A DNA stretch of 64,000 nucleotides from Chryseobacterium gleum. GTDB lineage: Bacteria; Bacteroidota; Bacteroidia; Flavobacteriales_D; UBA2798. The position numbers were made by a program, and so were the translations under genes. Location of the stretch: assembly GCA_945865695.1 (NCBI GenBank), contig CAMBFX010000001.1, forward strand, positions 3,660 to 67,659, in the 5' to 3' direction. The notes below the pieces were generated by a model. The model made no database searches, had not been told where the DNA came from, and saw only the letters and a list, made by a program, of their open reading frames with translations. Shown here piece by piece: positions 51,218 to 60,437 of this stretch (positions within the stretch are counted from its first letter, which is position 1; each line of letters begins with the position of its first letter).

Positions 51218-52270
51218 ATGCTTCACGAAGAAGACGAAGACATTTCAACCGAATCAAGTGCGGCCAACCAAGATGAAGCAGATGAATTGTATGAACATTT
51301 CAAACTCTTAGTTGACAAAGGACAGTCACAAGTAAGAATTGACAAATTTTTATTCGATAGATTAGCGCATACTTCGCGAAACAGAATACAAACCGCTGCC
51401 AAAGCTGGAAGTATTTTGGTAAATACTAAATCAGTTAAATCCAATTACAAAGTAAAACCCTTGGATGAAATTTCCATTGTTTTGCCTTATCCTGTTCGTG
51501 AATTTGAATTAATTGCCGAAGATATTCCATTGACGATTTTATACGAAGATGATTATTTAATGGTCGTGAATAAACAAGCTGGATTAGTTGTTCATCCTGG
51601 TCATGGAAATTATACTGGGACATTGGTGAATGGATTAGTTTATCATTTCGCAAATCTTCCTAAAAACAAATCAAATGAAAATCATCGTCCAGGTTTAGTA
51701 CATCGCTTAGATAAAAATACTTCAGGTGTAATGGTGATTGCAAAAACCGAAGAAGCTTTAACTTTATTAGCGCGACAATTTTTTGATAGAACTACCGAAA
51801 GAACATACAATGCATTAGTGTGGGGAAATGTAATGAATGAAAAAGGAACTATTACTGGGCATGTGGGAAGATCGATTCGCGACAGAAAAATGTTTATGGT
51901 GTATGAAGACGGTTCATTGGGAAAACATGCTGTAACGCACTATGAAGTGATTAAACGATACAAATATGTTACGTTGGTTAAATGTAAATTAGAAACAGGA
52001 AGAACGCATCAAATTCGCGTTCATTTAAAACATATCGGACATACTTTATTCAATGATATTGATTATGGTGGTGATGCGATTTTAAAAGGAACGAATACGG
52101 CCAATTATAAATCGTTGATTGAAAAATGTTTTTCATTGATACCTGGACAAGCATTACATGCAAAATCATTGGGATTTGAACATCCACATACCAAACAATG
52201 GATGCAATTTGATAGCGAATTACCAGATGGATTCAAAGAGATTTTGGAGAAGATGGAAACGGTGGGATGA
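51218..52270 (+). CDS. rluD: RluA/RluD-family 23S rRNA pseudouridine synthase with an S4 domain
   Basis: HRLDKNTSGVMV catalytic Asp motif and GRTHQIRVHL. N-terminal S4-like RIDKFL. Confidence 0.9.
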   Translation: MLHEEDEDISTESSAANQDEADELYEHFKLLVDKGQSQVRIDKFLFDRLAHTSRNRIQTAAKAGSILVNTKSVKSNYKVKPLDEISIVLPYPVREFELIAEDIPLTILYEDDYLMVVNKQAGLVVHPGHGNYTGTLVNGLVYHFANLPKNKSNENHRPGLVHRLDKNTSGVMVIAKTEEALTLLARQFFDRTTERTYNALVWGNVMNEKGTITGHVGRSIRDRKMFMVYEDGSLGKHAVTHYEVIKRYKYVTLVKCKLETGRTHQIRVHLKHIGHTLFNDIDYGGDAILKGTNTANYKSLIEKCFSLIPGQALHAKSLGFEHPHTKQWMQFDSELPDGFKEILEKMETVG

Positions 52271-52274
52271 AAAA

Positions 52275-52305
52275 TTTCGGATTTCGGATTTTCGATTTCG
52301 GATTT
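52275..52305. repeat. Short tandem heptamer repeat (TTTCGGA-like, about 4 copies)
   Basis: tttcggatttcggattttcgatttcggattt, immediately after the rluD stop. Confidence 0.7.
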
Positions 52306-52389
52306 ATTGATTCTACAAAATAATTTGCATTTTCGTCATGATTCTTCATTACTTCATGTTTCAAAAAATCTAAGTTTGAATTACAAAAG

Positions 52390-54090
52390 CTATTTAATTA
52401 TCTGTATCTTCTCCGTATGATTCAAGTCTGGAATACTTATAAAATAAATTCCATCTAAAAAATCTGAAACATCAATGGAAGTGCAATTTTCTTTTCTTAA
52501 AATTACTTTTCCTGAAATATCCGTGAGAATAATTTCATAATTTGAAAGTGAATTATCAATTTGAATAAATAAAATTTCATTGGAAGGATTCGGATAAACC
52601 CGAAATATTTTTTTCTCATATTCTGAAACTCCCACCAAACTTGAAACAATATTCAAGTCCAAAGTATCCTTATCTCCACAAGCTTCTGCAATAATCGTTG
52701 CATTAAAATTTCCATCAGTAGCATACGTATGATAAATTAAAGTATCACTGCTTTCATAAAGCGTATCGAAATTACCATCGCCCCAATCGATAAAACAATT
52801 GCCGAAATACATGGAATTATTCTCCAATACCACTTCAAAATTATCTAATGAGCCCGTTGTTGCATTTGCAAATGGAGGATCTGCAAAACCAAGGCAGTTG
52901 GATTTTATCACGAAAATGTCTTGTGTTCCGGTATCGCCACAACTAAAACAGGGAAATAAAAAGCCACTCACTACAAATCCATTATCAGAAGTCACATTTG
53001 AGCCACTTGTTTGTGAATAATTATGATCTCCAAATGCAACTTGATTTATTCTTTCCCAAATAATTGTGCCATTGCTTTTTATTAATAAATGGTTTGGCTT
53101 CTTATTGCTATAATCATGTTTCAAACAGAAAATGGTCGAATCGTTTTTTTGAACATAAGCATAAATACCATTTGACGACCCTGATGAACCATAATCCAAT
53201 TCCCATTTCAAATTATTGTTATTATCAACTTTAATCAAGTTGGGAATTGTATTAGGTGTAGCTCCTGATTGTGTAGATCGGGAGGTTGAAATTAAAATTG
53301 ATGAGTCCAATAAGTCAATGACTGTACATCCATCGTTCATCGCATCATTCCTTCCCCACTTTCGAAGCCATTGTTGATTACCCAAACTGTCTAGTTTAAA
53401 CACGGCATGATAGCGGTAATTTAGGGAATGCCCAAATTTTGTATATCCGCCTAAAGCAAAACCATTATCTAACGTTTGAGTGATTGACCATGCTTCATCC
53501 ATCTCATTTAAATATCCAAGCTTTTTATAGTTTAAAACATTTCCAATAGTGTCAATTCTTAAAAACATCACATCAAGATCATCAAATACCGAATCACGGG
53601 TTACATTTCCTGCAATTGCAATAGTTGAATCATGACACATTATAACCTGCGATACAAAAGGTAAAGTATCCTGACCAAAAATAATAGTCTTTGTCCAAAC
53701 TGTGTCCAAGTTTTTGTTTAGTCGCACCAAATATGGATTGAAACGGTTAATCTCGTTAAATTTTCTTTTATGACCAATTGCCAGAAAACCATTAGAAAGC
53801 TCAAATATATTTTTGATTTCTATCCGTGCACTGTCAAATCCAAAAAATAAAGTGTCAATAGGCTGCATAATGGAATTGAATCTTAATAATGCCGCATATC
53901 TTTCGTTGGTTGTTTGATATTCAAAAGAACCAAATGTAATATATCCGCTATCACGTAAAACCGTGATTCCGTTATTTAAAACAGCATCATTCAATTCATA
54001 TTCATGTCTTCCTTTATAATAATGTTGAATCTGGGCGGAACTAAATTCCGCCCAAACCAACATTAATAGGATGAACATATTTTTTATCAT
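52390..54090 (-). CDS. T9SS cargo: beta-propeller-like repeats, PKD-like domain and C-terminal sorting domain (paralog A)
   Basis: Signal peptide ...WAEFSSAQ. Repeating L.(K/R)(L/I)D..GN..W blades. IDWGDGNFDTL...YHTYATDGNFNATII resembles PKD. C-terminal sorting domain VYPNPSNEILFIQ...GIYFISI. Its ATGA start overlaps the upstream stop. Confidence 0.75.
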   Translation of the reverse strand: MIKNMFILLMLVWAEFSSAQIQHYYKGRHEYELNDAVLNNGITVLRDSGYITFGSFEYQTTNERYAALLRFNSIMQPIDTLFFGFDSARIEIKNIFELSNGFLAIGHKRKFNEINRFNPYLVRLNKNLDTVWTKTIIFGQDTLPFVSQVIMCHDSTIAIAGNVTRDSVFDDLDVMFLRIDTIGNVLNYKKLGYLNEMDEAWSITQTLDNGFALGGYTKFGHSLNYRYHAVFKLDSLGNQQWLRKWGRNDAMNDGCTVIDLLDSSILISTSRSTQSGATPNTIPNLIKVDNNNNLKWELDYGSSGSSNGIYAYVQKNDSTIFCLKHDYSNKKPNHLLIKSNGTIIWERINQVAFGDHNYSQTSGSNVTSDNGFVVSGFLFPCFSCGDTGTQDIFVIKSNCLGFADPPFANATTGSLDNFEVVLENNSMYFGNCFIDWGDGNFDTLYESSDTLIYHTYATDGNFNATIIAEACGDKDTLDLNIVSSLVGVSEYEKKIFRVYPNPSNEILFIQIDNSLSNYEIILTDISGKVILRKENCTSIDVSDFLDGIYFISIPDLNHTEKIQIIK

Positions 54091-54569
54091 TCAATCACCA
54101 GTTTTTGAATCTCACTTTTTTCATCGTTTAATTCAACTTTTACTAAATAAATTCCGCTTTCCAAACTAGTAATATCCATCAAATAATAATCTGAATCGGA
54201 TGTGGAATAGTAAAGCGCTTGTTTACCTGTAATATCGTAAACCGTGATTTTTAAATTTTCATAAATTTTATCCGTTTGAATATTTACAAAACTTTCGGTC
54301 GGATTAGGATACAATTTGAAAATCTGATTTTCATTTTCTGTTGTAGGATTAAAATTCATTACAGAACGTACGTCACCAGCTTGCAAAAATTTGAATGTTT
54401 CTGGCCTGCTCAATATATTCAATAATTCCAATAACGCTGCAGCATTTTTACATTCTTTCTTTTGTTGGCTCGATTCAGCAATCAAAACCATATCTTGTTT
54501 AAGTTGTTCATCCCAATCGAGGCGATAAACTTTATCCTGACATTGGTAGGTCAAGTTAATTTGTTTCAT
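54087..54569 (-). CDS. 160-aa ORF: copy of the last ~165 residues of the 1331-aa protein (helical segment plus T9SS sorting domain), no signal peptide
   Basis: LTYQCQDKVYRLDWDEQLKQD...ECKNAAALLELL parallels IIYQCQDKAYRLNWDTPLKQD...ECKNAGAILELL in the large protein. C-terminal sorting domain LYPNPTESFVNIQ...GIYLVKV. Confidence 0.55.
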   Translation of the reverse strand: MKQINLTYQCQDKVYRLDWDEQLKQDMVLIAESSQQKKECKNAAALLELLNILSRPETFKFLQAGDVRSVMNFNPTTENENQIFKLYPNPTESFVNIQTDKIYENLKITVYDITGKQALYYSTSDSDYYLMDITSLESGIYLVKVELNDEKSEIQKLVIE

Positions 54570-54573
54570 AAAA

Positions 54574-56295
54574 TCATTTCAAAATCTGTATCTTCTCTGT
54601 ATGCCCCAATTCAGGAATACTTATAAAATAAAATCCGTTAGCAAAACCTGAAACATCTATTTGTTTTATATTTTCTTTTCTGAAAATAATTTTACCGGAT
54701 ATGTCTGTGAGGATAATTTCATAATTCGAAACGGAATTATCTATCATAATATTTAAAACATCATTAGCGGGATTTGGAAAAACACTGAATGCTTTTTTCT
54801 CATATTCTGAAACTCCCACCAAACTTGAAACAATATTCAAGTCCAAAGTATCCTTATCTCCACAAGCTTCTGCAATAATCGTTGCATTAAAAATACCATC
54901 AGTAGAATAATTATGATAAATCAATGTGTCACTGCTTTCATAAAGTGTATCAAAATTACCATCACCCCAATCGATAAAACAATTGCCAAAATACATTGAA
55001 TTATTTTCTAAAACCACTTCAAAATTATCTAGTGAGCCAGTTGTTGCATTCGCAAATGGCGGATCAGCAAAACCAAGGCAGTTTGTTTTAATAACGAAAA
55101 TGTCTTGAGTACCGGTATCGCCACAACCGAAACAAGGTTGTAAAAAGCCGCTCAACACAAACCCATCATCAGCTTTAACATTAGAAACACCGACATGATA
55201 ATAAATATGGCCTCCATTAATAAATTTATACTCCCGTTCCCAAATAGTTTCACCATTATTATTTATCAATTGAAAAATCGGATAACCCATATCTGAATTA
55301 TGGCGAATGCAAAGTATAGTTGAATCAGATTGCTGGACTCCTACAAAAATGTTTTTTGTATTATAATTGTCAATGACTCCATAATCGTAATTCCAAACCA
55401 AAGTATTTGAATAAGTAATTTTTTGAAGATTTGCTATTCTGTTTAAAGTTGGATCAATACCTGCTTGTGTTGCACGATTTGTTGAAATTAATATAGTAGA
55501 ATCCATTAAATTTAATACTGCACAACCACCATTACTTGCATCATTTCTTCCCCATTTTCTATGCCATTGCTGATTGCCTAAACTATCGAGTTTAAGAATA
55601 ATGTGATATCTATAAAAAGGCTGAGGATGACCATAAATAGTATATCCTCCTAATGCAAATCCTTTATCAAGTGTTTGAGTAATTGACCAACAATCATCAC
55701 TACTATTAAGAAAGCCTAATTTTTTATAATTTAAAATATTACCCAATGTATCTATACGTAAAAACATAATATCTGAATCATCAAAAACCGAATCTTTAGT
55801 AACCGAACCGCCAATTGCAAGTGTTGAATCATGGCACATAATAATTTGCGATACAAAGGGCAAGGTATCTTGTCCAAAAATTATTTTCTTAGTCCAAATC
55901 GTATCTAAATTTTTATCCAAACGAATTAAAAATGGATTAAAGCGATTGGTTTCTCCTGAACGTCTAATATGACCAATAGCCAAATATCCTTTAGGTACTT
56001 CAAAAACATTTTTTAATTCTATGTAGCTACTGTCAATTTTCAAATAGAAAGTATCAACTGCAACAAATAACTTATTATATTTAATTAAGGCTCCATAAGT
56101 TTCGAAAACAGAAGGTAATCGCATCGCTCCAAATGCTATATACGAAGTATCTTTTGTTGGTGTATTTCCAAATGAAATTGATGCGTCATTCACAACATAT
56201 TCATCTCTACTTTTATAATAATGCTGCATTTGGGCAGAGCTGAACTCTGCCCAAAACAACATTCCAATCAATAGTGTGATTGTTCTTTTTATCAT
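54574..56295 (-). CDS. T9SS cargo: beta-propeller-like repeats, PKD-like domain and C-terminal sorting domain (paralog B)
   Basis: Collinear with the 566-aa paralog. Same signal peptide end (WAEFSSAQ). Identical CLGFADPPFANATTGSLDNFEVVLENNSMYFGNCFIDWGDGNFDTLYESSDTLIYH block. ATGA overlap with the upstream gene. Confidence 0.75.
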   Translation of the reverse strand: MIKRTITLLIGMLFWAEFSSAQMQHYYKSRDEYVVNDASISFGNTPTKDTSYIAFGAMRLPSVFETYGALIKYNKLFVAVDTFYLKIDSSYIELKNVFEVPKGYLAIGHIRRSGETNRFNPFLIRLDKNLDTIWTKKIIFGQDTLPFVSQIIMCHDSTLAIGGSVTKDSVFDDSDIMFLRIDTLGNILNYKKLGFLNSSDDCWSITQTLDKGFALGGYTIYGHPQPFYRYHIILKLDSLGNQQWHRKWGRNDASNGGCAVLNLMDSTILISTNRATQAGIDPTLNRIANLQKITYSNTLVWNYDYGVIDNYNTKNIFVGVQQSDSTILCIRHNSDMGYPIFQLINNNGETIWEREYKFINGGHIYYHVGVSNVKADDGFVLSGFLQPCFGCGDTGTQDIFVIKTNCLGFADPPFANATTGSLDNFEVVLENNSMYFGNCFIDWGDGNFDTLYESSDTLIYHNYSTDGIFNATIIAEACGDKDTLDLNIVSSLVGVSEYEKKAFSVFPNPANDVLNIMIDNSVSNYEIILTDISGKIIFRKENIKQIDVSGFANGFYFISIPELGHTEKIQILK

Positions 56296-59200
56296 TCGAT
56301 AATTAATTTTTGAACTTCGGATTTTGTTCCATCCATTTTTACTTCGACCAAATAAATTCCGCTATTCAATTTCGGGGTTTCCAATAAAACATAATCTACA
56401 TTATTTACTTTTTGATATTGAATTTGTTTACCCGTAATATCAAAAACAGTAACTTCAATTAATTCATAAACTTTATCAGTTTGTACATTTACAAAATGAT
56501 CTGCTGGGTTAGGATACAATTTGAAAGATTGAAAATAATCCACCACTGTTTCTTCCTTAAAAAATGCTCGTACCTCAGATGGATCGACATTCTGAAATAC
56601 TTCTGGTTGGCTGAATACTTTCAAAAGTTCCAGAATTGCCCCAGCATTTTTACATTCAATTTTTTCGGTTCCTGCATTTGCAATAGCTTCTACATCTTGT
56701 TTTAAAGGAGTATCCCAATTCAATCGGTATGCCTTATCCTGACATTGGTAAATTATAATCAATGATTCCATTAATTTCAAATAATCGTTATACTGATTGG
56801 TAATTGAACGAATATCGGCAATCAAGGTTATAGCATCAACATATTTTCCTTGATAAATCTTAACAGAAACACGAATAGCATCGCTTTCAACGTTTTCGTT
56901 TTCTTTCAACACAATATCCATGCTATCTAATCGGTCAACCAATGTATCATTTAGATACCTGCGTAATAATTCATCAGATGCCATGTCTTTTACCCAAACT
57001 ACAGCCGAAACATCATCTTTTAGAACATCCATACCTGATGCACCATTTTGACCAGTATTAATTTGATTACGGATTCCATTTGGTATGTTCATTCCGTTTA
57101 TATAAGCCATAACTTCTTTTGATACTGGGGAATTAGCCAGAATGATTTGTTTAATATGCCCTGATGGCGGATTGGTGGCCAAATAAGCTAATAAAACTTC
57201 ATCGCTTAGATATGGTGAAAGAGCCATTAAACTGTTTTTAATTTGCCCAGAACTTTGCGTAGCGATAGAATTAAGTAAATTATTCGTGTTTCCTCCATCT
57301 ATCAATTCAATTAACGAAGCAATTTCCGATTTAGAAAGATTGATTTGTGAAAGAAGTTGACCATTGCTAAATAATGAATATGTGTTTTCTGCACAAACTA
57401 ATAATTTTGAGTCATATCTATTATTTGGACAAAACGTTTCGGAATATCCAACCGGACTGCCAGAAACATTATTCGGGTCAACATTAAAACCATTTGCATC
57501 TTGTGGTATATGATAATTGGATGGTTGAACTGTTGATGACAAAGTAAAATGTTTTAACGTTGGCACTATTAATGAAAAAATATTGTTTGCGGGGTTGGTA
57601 TTATTAGTTGGAGAACAAAATCCTTGAAATGCTCTAACTCCTCCATCTACTGCTAAAGGTGTTTTTGTAACCTGAACATCTACATTGGTTGAACCAGTAA
57701 AATCATTGCATAGATATTGTAGTCCAACATACTGTGGATTTTGTGTTGAAATAAGCCCAAAATTTCTATTAATTGCAGTCGCTCCATAATCAACATCCTC
57801 AAAAGTATTGTTTCGAATAAGATTATTGAACGCTCCACTATTAACAGTTACAACTCCATAAGTTCCATTGTTTGCATCTTCAAAATGATTATTCTGAAGG
57901 AAATAACCAGAACAATTGGTTTGATGAATACCATAGGAAGATAAATTGAAACCTGGATTCACAGATCCAATATAAAAATCATTTTTATCTATTTTACAAA
58001 AATTCATACCAACCATTCTAATTCCACGATGCACTTCGTTGAATTGACTGTATTCACAAACAAAATTACGTAAACGTAAAAAACTACTTGCATTAATCCC
58101 ATAATACAAATGTGAAAATGTATTTCCAATCCGATTTACTTCTGGACATGGGTTGCCTGGTAATTGAGGAGAGTTGCATCCGAAAGTAACGTCAAACTTA
58201 CTATCTAAACTATAAATCCCAGTTCCACGATTGCTTGAAACAGGATAAAGCAACGGTGTTGTATTTTCAAAAGTATTATTATGAAATTTCACTCCACTAA
58301 CTTGAACTAATTTTACATGTGAATCTGGCATTGTTTGATCCTTTAATATTCCAGTCGTTGTGAAATGACATCCTCTGAAAATGGATTTGTTACTTTGAGT
58401 TGGAAAAAATCCACCTGTAACATGCGGAGTCAAATTAATATCAATTTGATTATTGATGAAATTAGAGTTTGTTGCAACGATATATCCTCCACTTTGAGTC
58501 AAAAGCGAATTAAAATTTACATCTCTTTCACAAGATGTAATTCCAACAATTGCGTTACTAATTTCAGAATTTTGAAACATTCCGATGTAACCATAATTGA
58601 TATTATTAATAGTTGAGTGAGCAACGGAGGCGGTTCCCCAAACTTCGACACCTCGCCACATTAATCCATCACAATCGAGCGATGTATACGTGGAATTTTT
58701 TGAAGTAACTCTTGCATTTTTTTCAATGATCATTCTTGCATTAGGTGCAAATTTAAAAATCATTCCGTTGATGGTAATATTATATCCGTTGTTAATACGC
58801 AATTCACTTTGAACATGAACAGTTCCATCGATATCATCCCAAGGATTATTTCCAACGCCAGGGCTCCAAGTTTCAATGGTAGAAACTGTCGGATCTGAAA
58901 CAGTGCTGTAGTCTTCCAACTCATATCCCGTGAATCTCTCACAACATTCAGAAGTAATATCAGTTATTAAACTATTCAAATTATCAATATCAATTTGATC
59001 GGGGAGTGCGTAGTATCTCTCCTGAATAGAGCCATTAAAATTATGTTGGGTTTGTAAATTATTATTAAATAAATGAGCTAAAGGCACGAAAACGGATGAG
59101 CCAGGTAAATTGGGATTATCAAGAGTGCTTAAACCATTTGCATAAACATAATACATTTTATCATTAAACCCCCTCTCAATGAAACTTGATCTATAATTAC

Positions 59201-60287
59201 TTGGATTTGAAACTTGCGATAATGTAGTATTTATAGGTGTGGTGACGTTATTGATATCGAAGTACCCAACATATGGCGTATCGTAACAAGTATAATAAAG
59301 TGTATTTCCATCATTTGAAAATTCCAATCCATGAAAATTGGGTTCTGTATTAATTCCTAAATGACAAAATCCAGTATTCAGGATGTTAAAATTCGCATCC
59401 ATTTCAATTAATTTTATTCCTTCTGTATCCTTTACGCCATTTAAATCTAAATCACTAGCAATTTTTGGAACCGCCACAACATAATTTCCATTTACTTTCT
59501 TTATTAATTCACATTCTGAATTTGAAAACCCGAAATACCAACTGTTGATAAAAGGGCCTAATTGAAATGAATATTCTAAAGTAATATTATTTGCCCCAAC
59601 AGAAAATCTATGTAGAAAGTTAGTAAAAGTAAAAAATAGTTTTCTATCACCATTTGTTGTAAGGTCAGAAACTGCTAAAAAATTATTTACCGTTGGTACA
59701 TCATGACCGTCTGAAAAAGTAAAAATTTGATGTGTGATATATTCATCAGTATCGGATTCAGTTTCTAAGGCCCCGAATCTATTTTCATCATTCGGAAACT
59801 TAAGATTCCTTTCGCACATATCGAGTGTGGTATAATATAAACCTGACGGATAATCTACAGAATTACCTCCAAATGTTTTAGTATAGGCCCCGACAATATA
59901 AAATTTACAACAATTTCCTGGCACGGGAATAATCGCCCATTCAGAATTAGGTAAAAAAGGAGAAAAATAATCAATAACCATTTCTCCAATTAAAAAACCT
60001 TTTCCATCATAAACTTTTGAATCAACAATAAAAAAAAGTAAGTCTCCTTCTGAATTATACATCGAGTTGGAAGCGAAATTGGCAGGGGTTCCAGTATAAC
60101 CATAAGCTGAAGGAAAAATGTTTTGCTGTGGTAAAGAGTTTATGGTTGTGCCACTTATGCCAAACTGCAGATATTGGTTTGGTACTGTTAAAGTTTGTAG
60201 TTGCCCATAAGAATTCAAATTAATGAAAAACAAAAGCAGAATCATCAAATGATGTAAGGAAGGAATAAAGTTTTTTTTCTGTTTCAT
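56292..60287 (-). CDS. 1331-aa T9SS cargo: N-terminal beta-rich region, parallel beta-helix-like repeats, helical region and C-terminal sorting domain
   Basis: Signal peptide LNSYGQ. Residues ~490-900 carry repeated N.F.(N/D)...G(I/V) turns (NNTFENTT, QNNHFEDANNGTYGV, RNNTFEDVDYGATAI), typical of right-handed beta-helices. C-terminal sorting domain LYPNPADHFVNVQ...GIYLVEVK. Confidence 0.75.
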   Translation of the reverse strand: MKQKKNFIPSLHHLMILLLFFINLNSYGQLQTLTVPNQYLQFGISGTTINSLPQQNIFPSAYGYTGTPANFASNSMYNSEGDLLFFIVDSKVYDGKGFLIGEMVIDYFSPFLPNSEWAIIPVPGNCCKFYIVGAYTKTFGGNSVDYPSGLYYTTLDMCERNLKFPNDENRFGALETESDTDEYITHQIFTFSDGHDVPTVNNFLAVSDLTTNGDRKLFFTFTNFLHRFSVGANNITLEYSFQLGPFINSWYFGFSNSECELIKKVNGNYVVAVPKIASDLDLNGVKDTEGIKLIEMDANFNILNTGFCHLGINTEPNFHGLEFSNDGNTLYYTCYDTPYVGYFDINNVTTPINTTLSQVSNPSNYRSSFIERGFNDKMYYVYANGLSTLDNPNLPGSSVFVPLAHLFNNNLQTQHNFNGSIQERYYALPDQIDIDNLNSLITDITSECCERFTGYELEDYSTVSDPTVSTIETWSPGVGNNPWDDIDGTVHVQSELRINNGYNITINGMIFKFAPNARMIIEKNARVTSKNSTYTSLDCDGLMWRGVEVWGTASVAHSTINNINYGYIGMFQNSEISNAIVGITSCERDVNFNSLLTQSGGYIVATNSNFINNQIDINLTPHVTGGFFPTQSNKSIFRGCHFTTTGILKDQTMPDSHVKLVQVSGVKFHNNTFENTTPLLYPVSSNRGTGIYSLDSKFDVTFGCNSPQLPGNPCPEVNRIGNTFSHLYYGINASSFLRLRNFVCEYSQFNEVHRGIRMVGMNFCKIDKNDFYIGSVNPGFNLSSYGIHQTNCSGYFLQNNHFEDANNGTYGVVTVNSGAFNNLIRNNTFEDVDYGATAINRNFGLISTQNPQYVGLQYLCNDFTGSTNVDVQVTKTPLAVDGGVRAFQGFCSPTNNTNPANNIFSLIVPTLKHFTLSSTVQPSNYHIPQDANGFNVDPNNVSGSPVGYSETFCPNNRYDSKLLVCAENTYSLFSNGQLLSQINLSKSEIASLIELIDGGNTNNLLNSIATQSSGQIKNSLMALSPYLSDEVLLAYLATNPPSGHIKQIILANSPVSKEVMAYINGMNIPNGIRNQINTGQNGASGMDVLKDDVSAVVWVKDMASDELLRRYLNDTLVDRLDSMDIVLKENENVESDAIRVSVKIYQGKYVDAITLIADIRSITNQYNDYLKLMESLIIIYQCQDKAYRLNWDTPLKQDVEAIANAGTEKIECKNAGAILELLKVFSQPEVFQNVDPSEVRAFFKEETVVDYFQSFKLYPNPADHFVNVQTDKVYELIEVTVFDITGKQIQYQKVNNVDYVLLETPKLNSGIYLVEVKMDGTKSEVQKLIIE

Positions 60288-60372
60288 AAGAATAGTTTTT
60301 AATGTTAATTCTAATAATGATTAAGTGATACTTTAATTAGGATAATTGATTGTTTAATTTCCAATATCCTTT

Positions 60373-60407
60373 CAAATATAGACAATATTATGATATATCA
60401 TAATATT
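60373..60407. promoter_or_regulatory. Divergent control region: -7 box for the cargo operon plus a perfect 24-bp palindrome
   Basis: Minus-strand TATATTTG at 60373-60380. AATATTATGATATATCATAATATT at 60384-60407 is a perfect palindrome, 30 nt upstream of the XRE gene start. Confidence 0.5.
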
Positions 60408-60437
60408 CAAGGATTTATTTCTAGGGAAATTAGTTGA

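Noticed and set aside
52275-52305. TTTCGGA heptamer tandem repeat after rluD as a possible regulatory array
   Set aside because: It has only about four imperfect copies, no hairpin and no partner site. It is listed as a simple repeat only.
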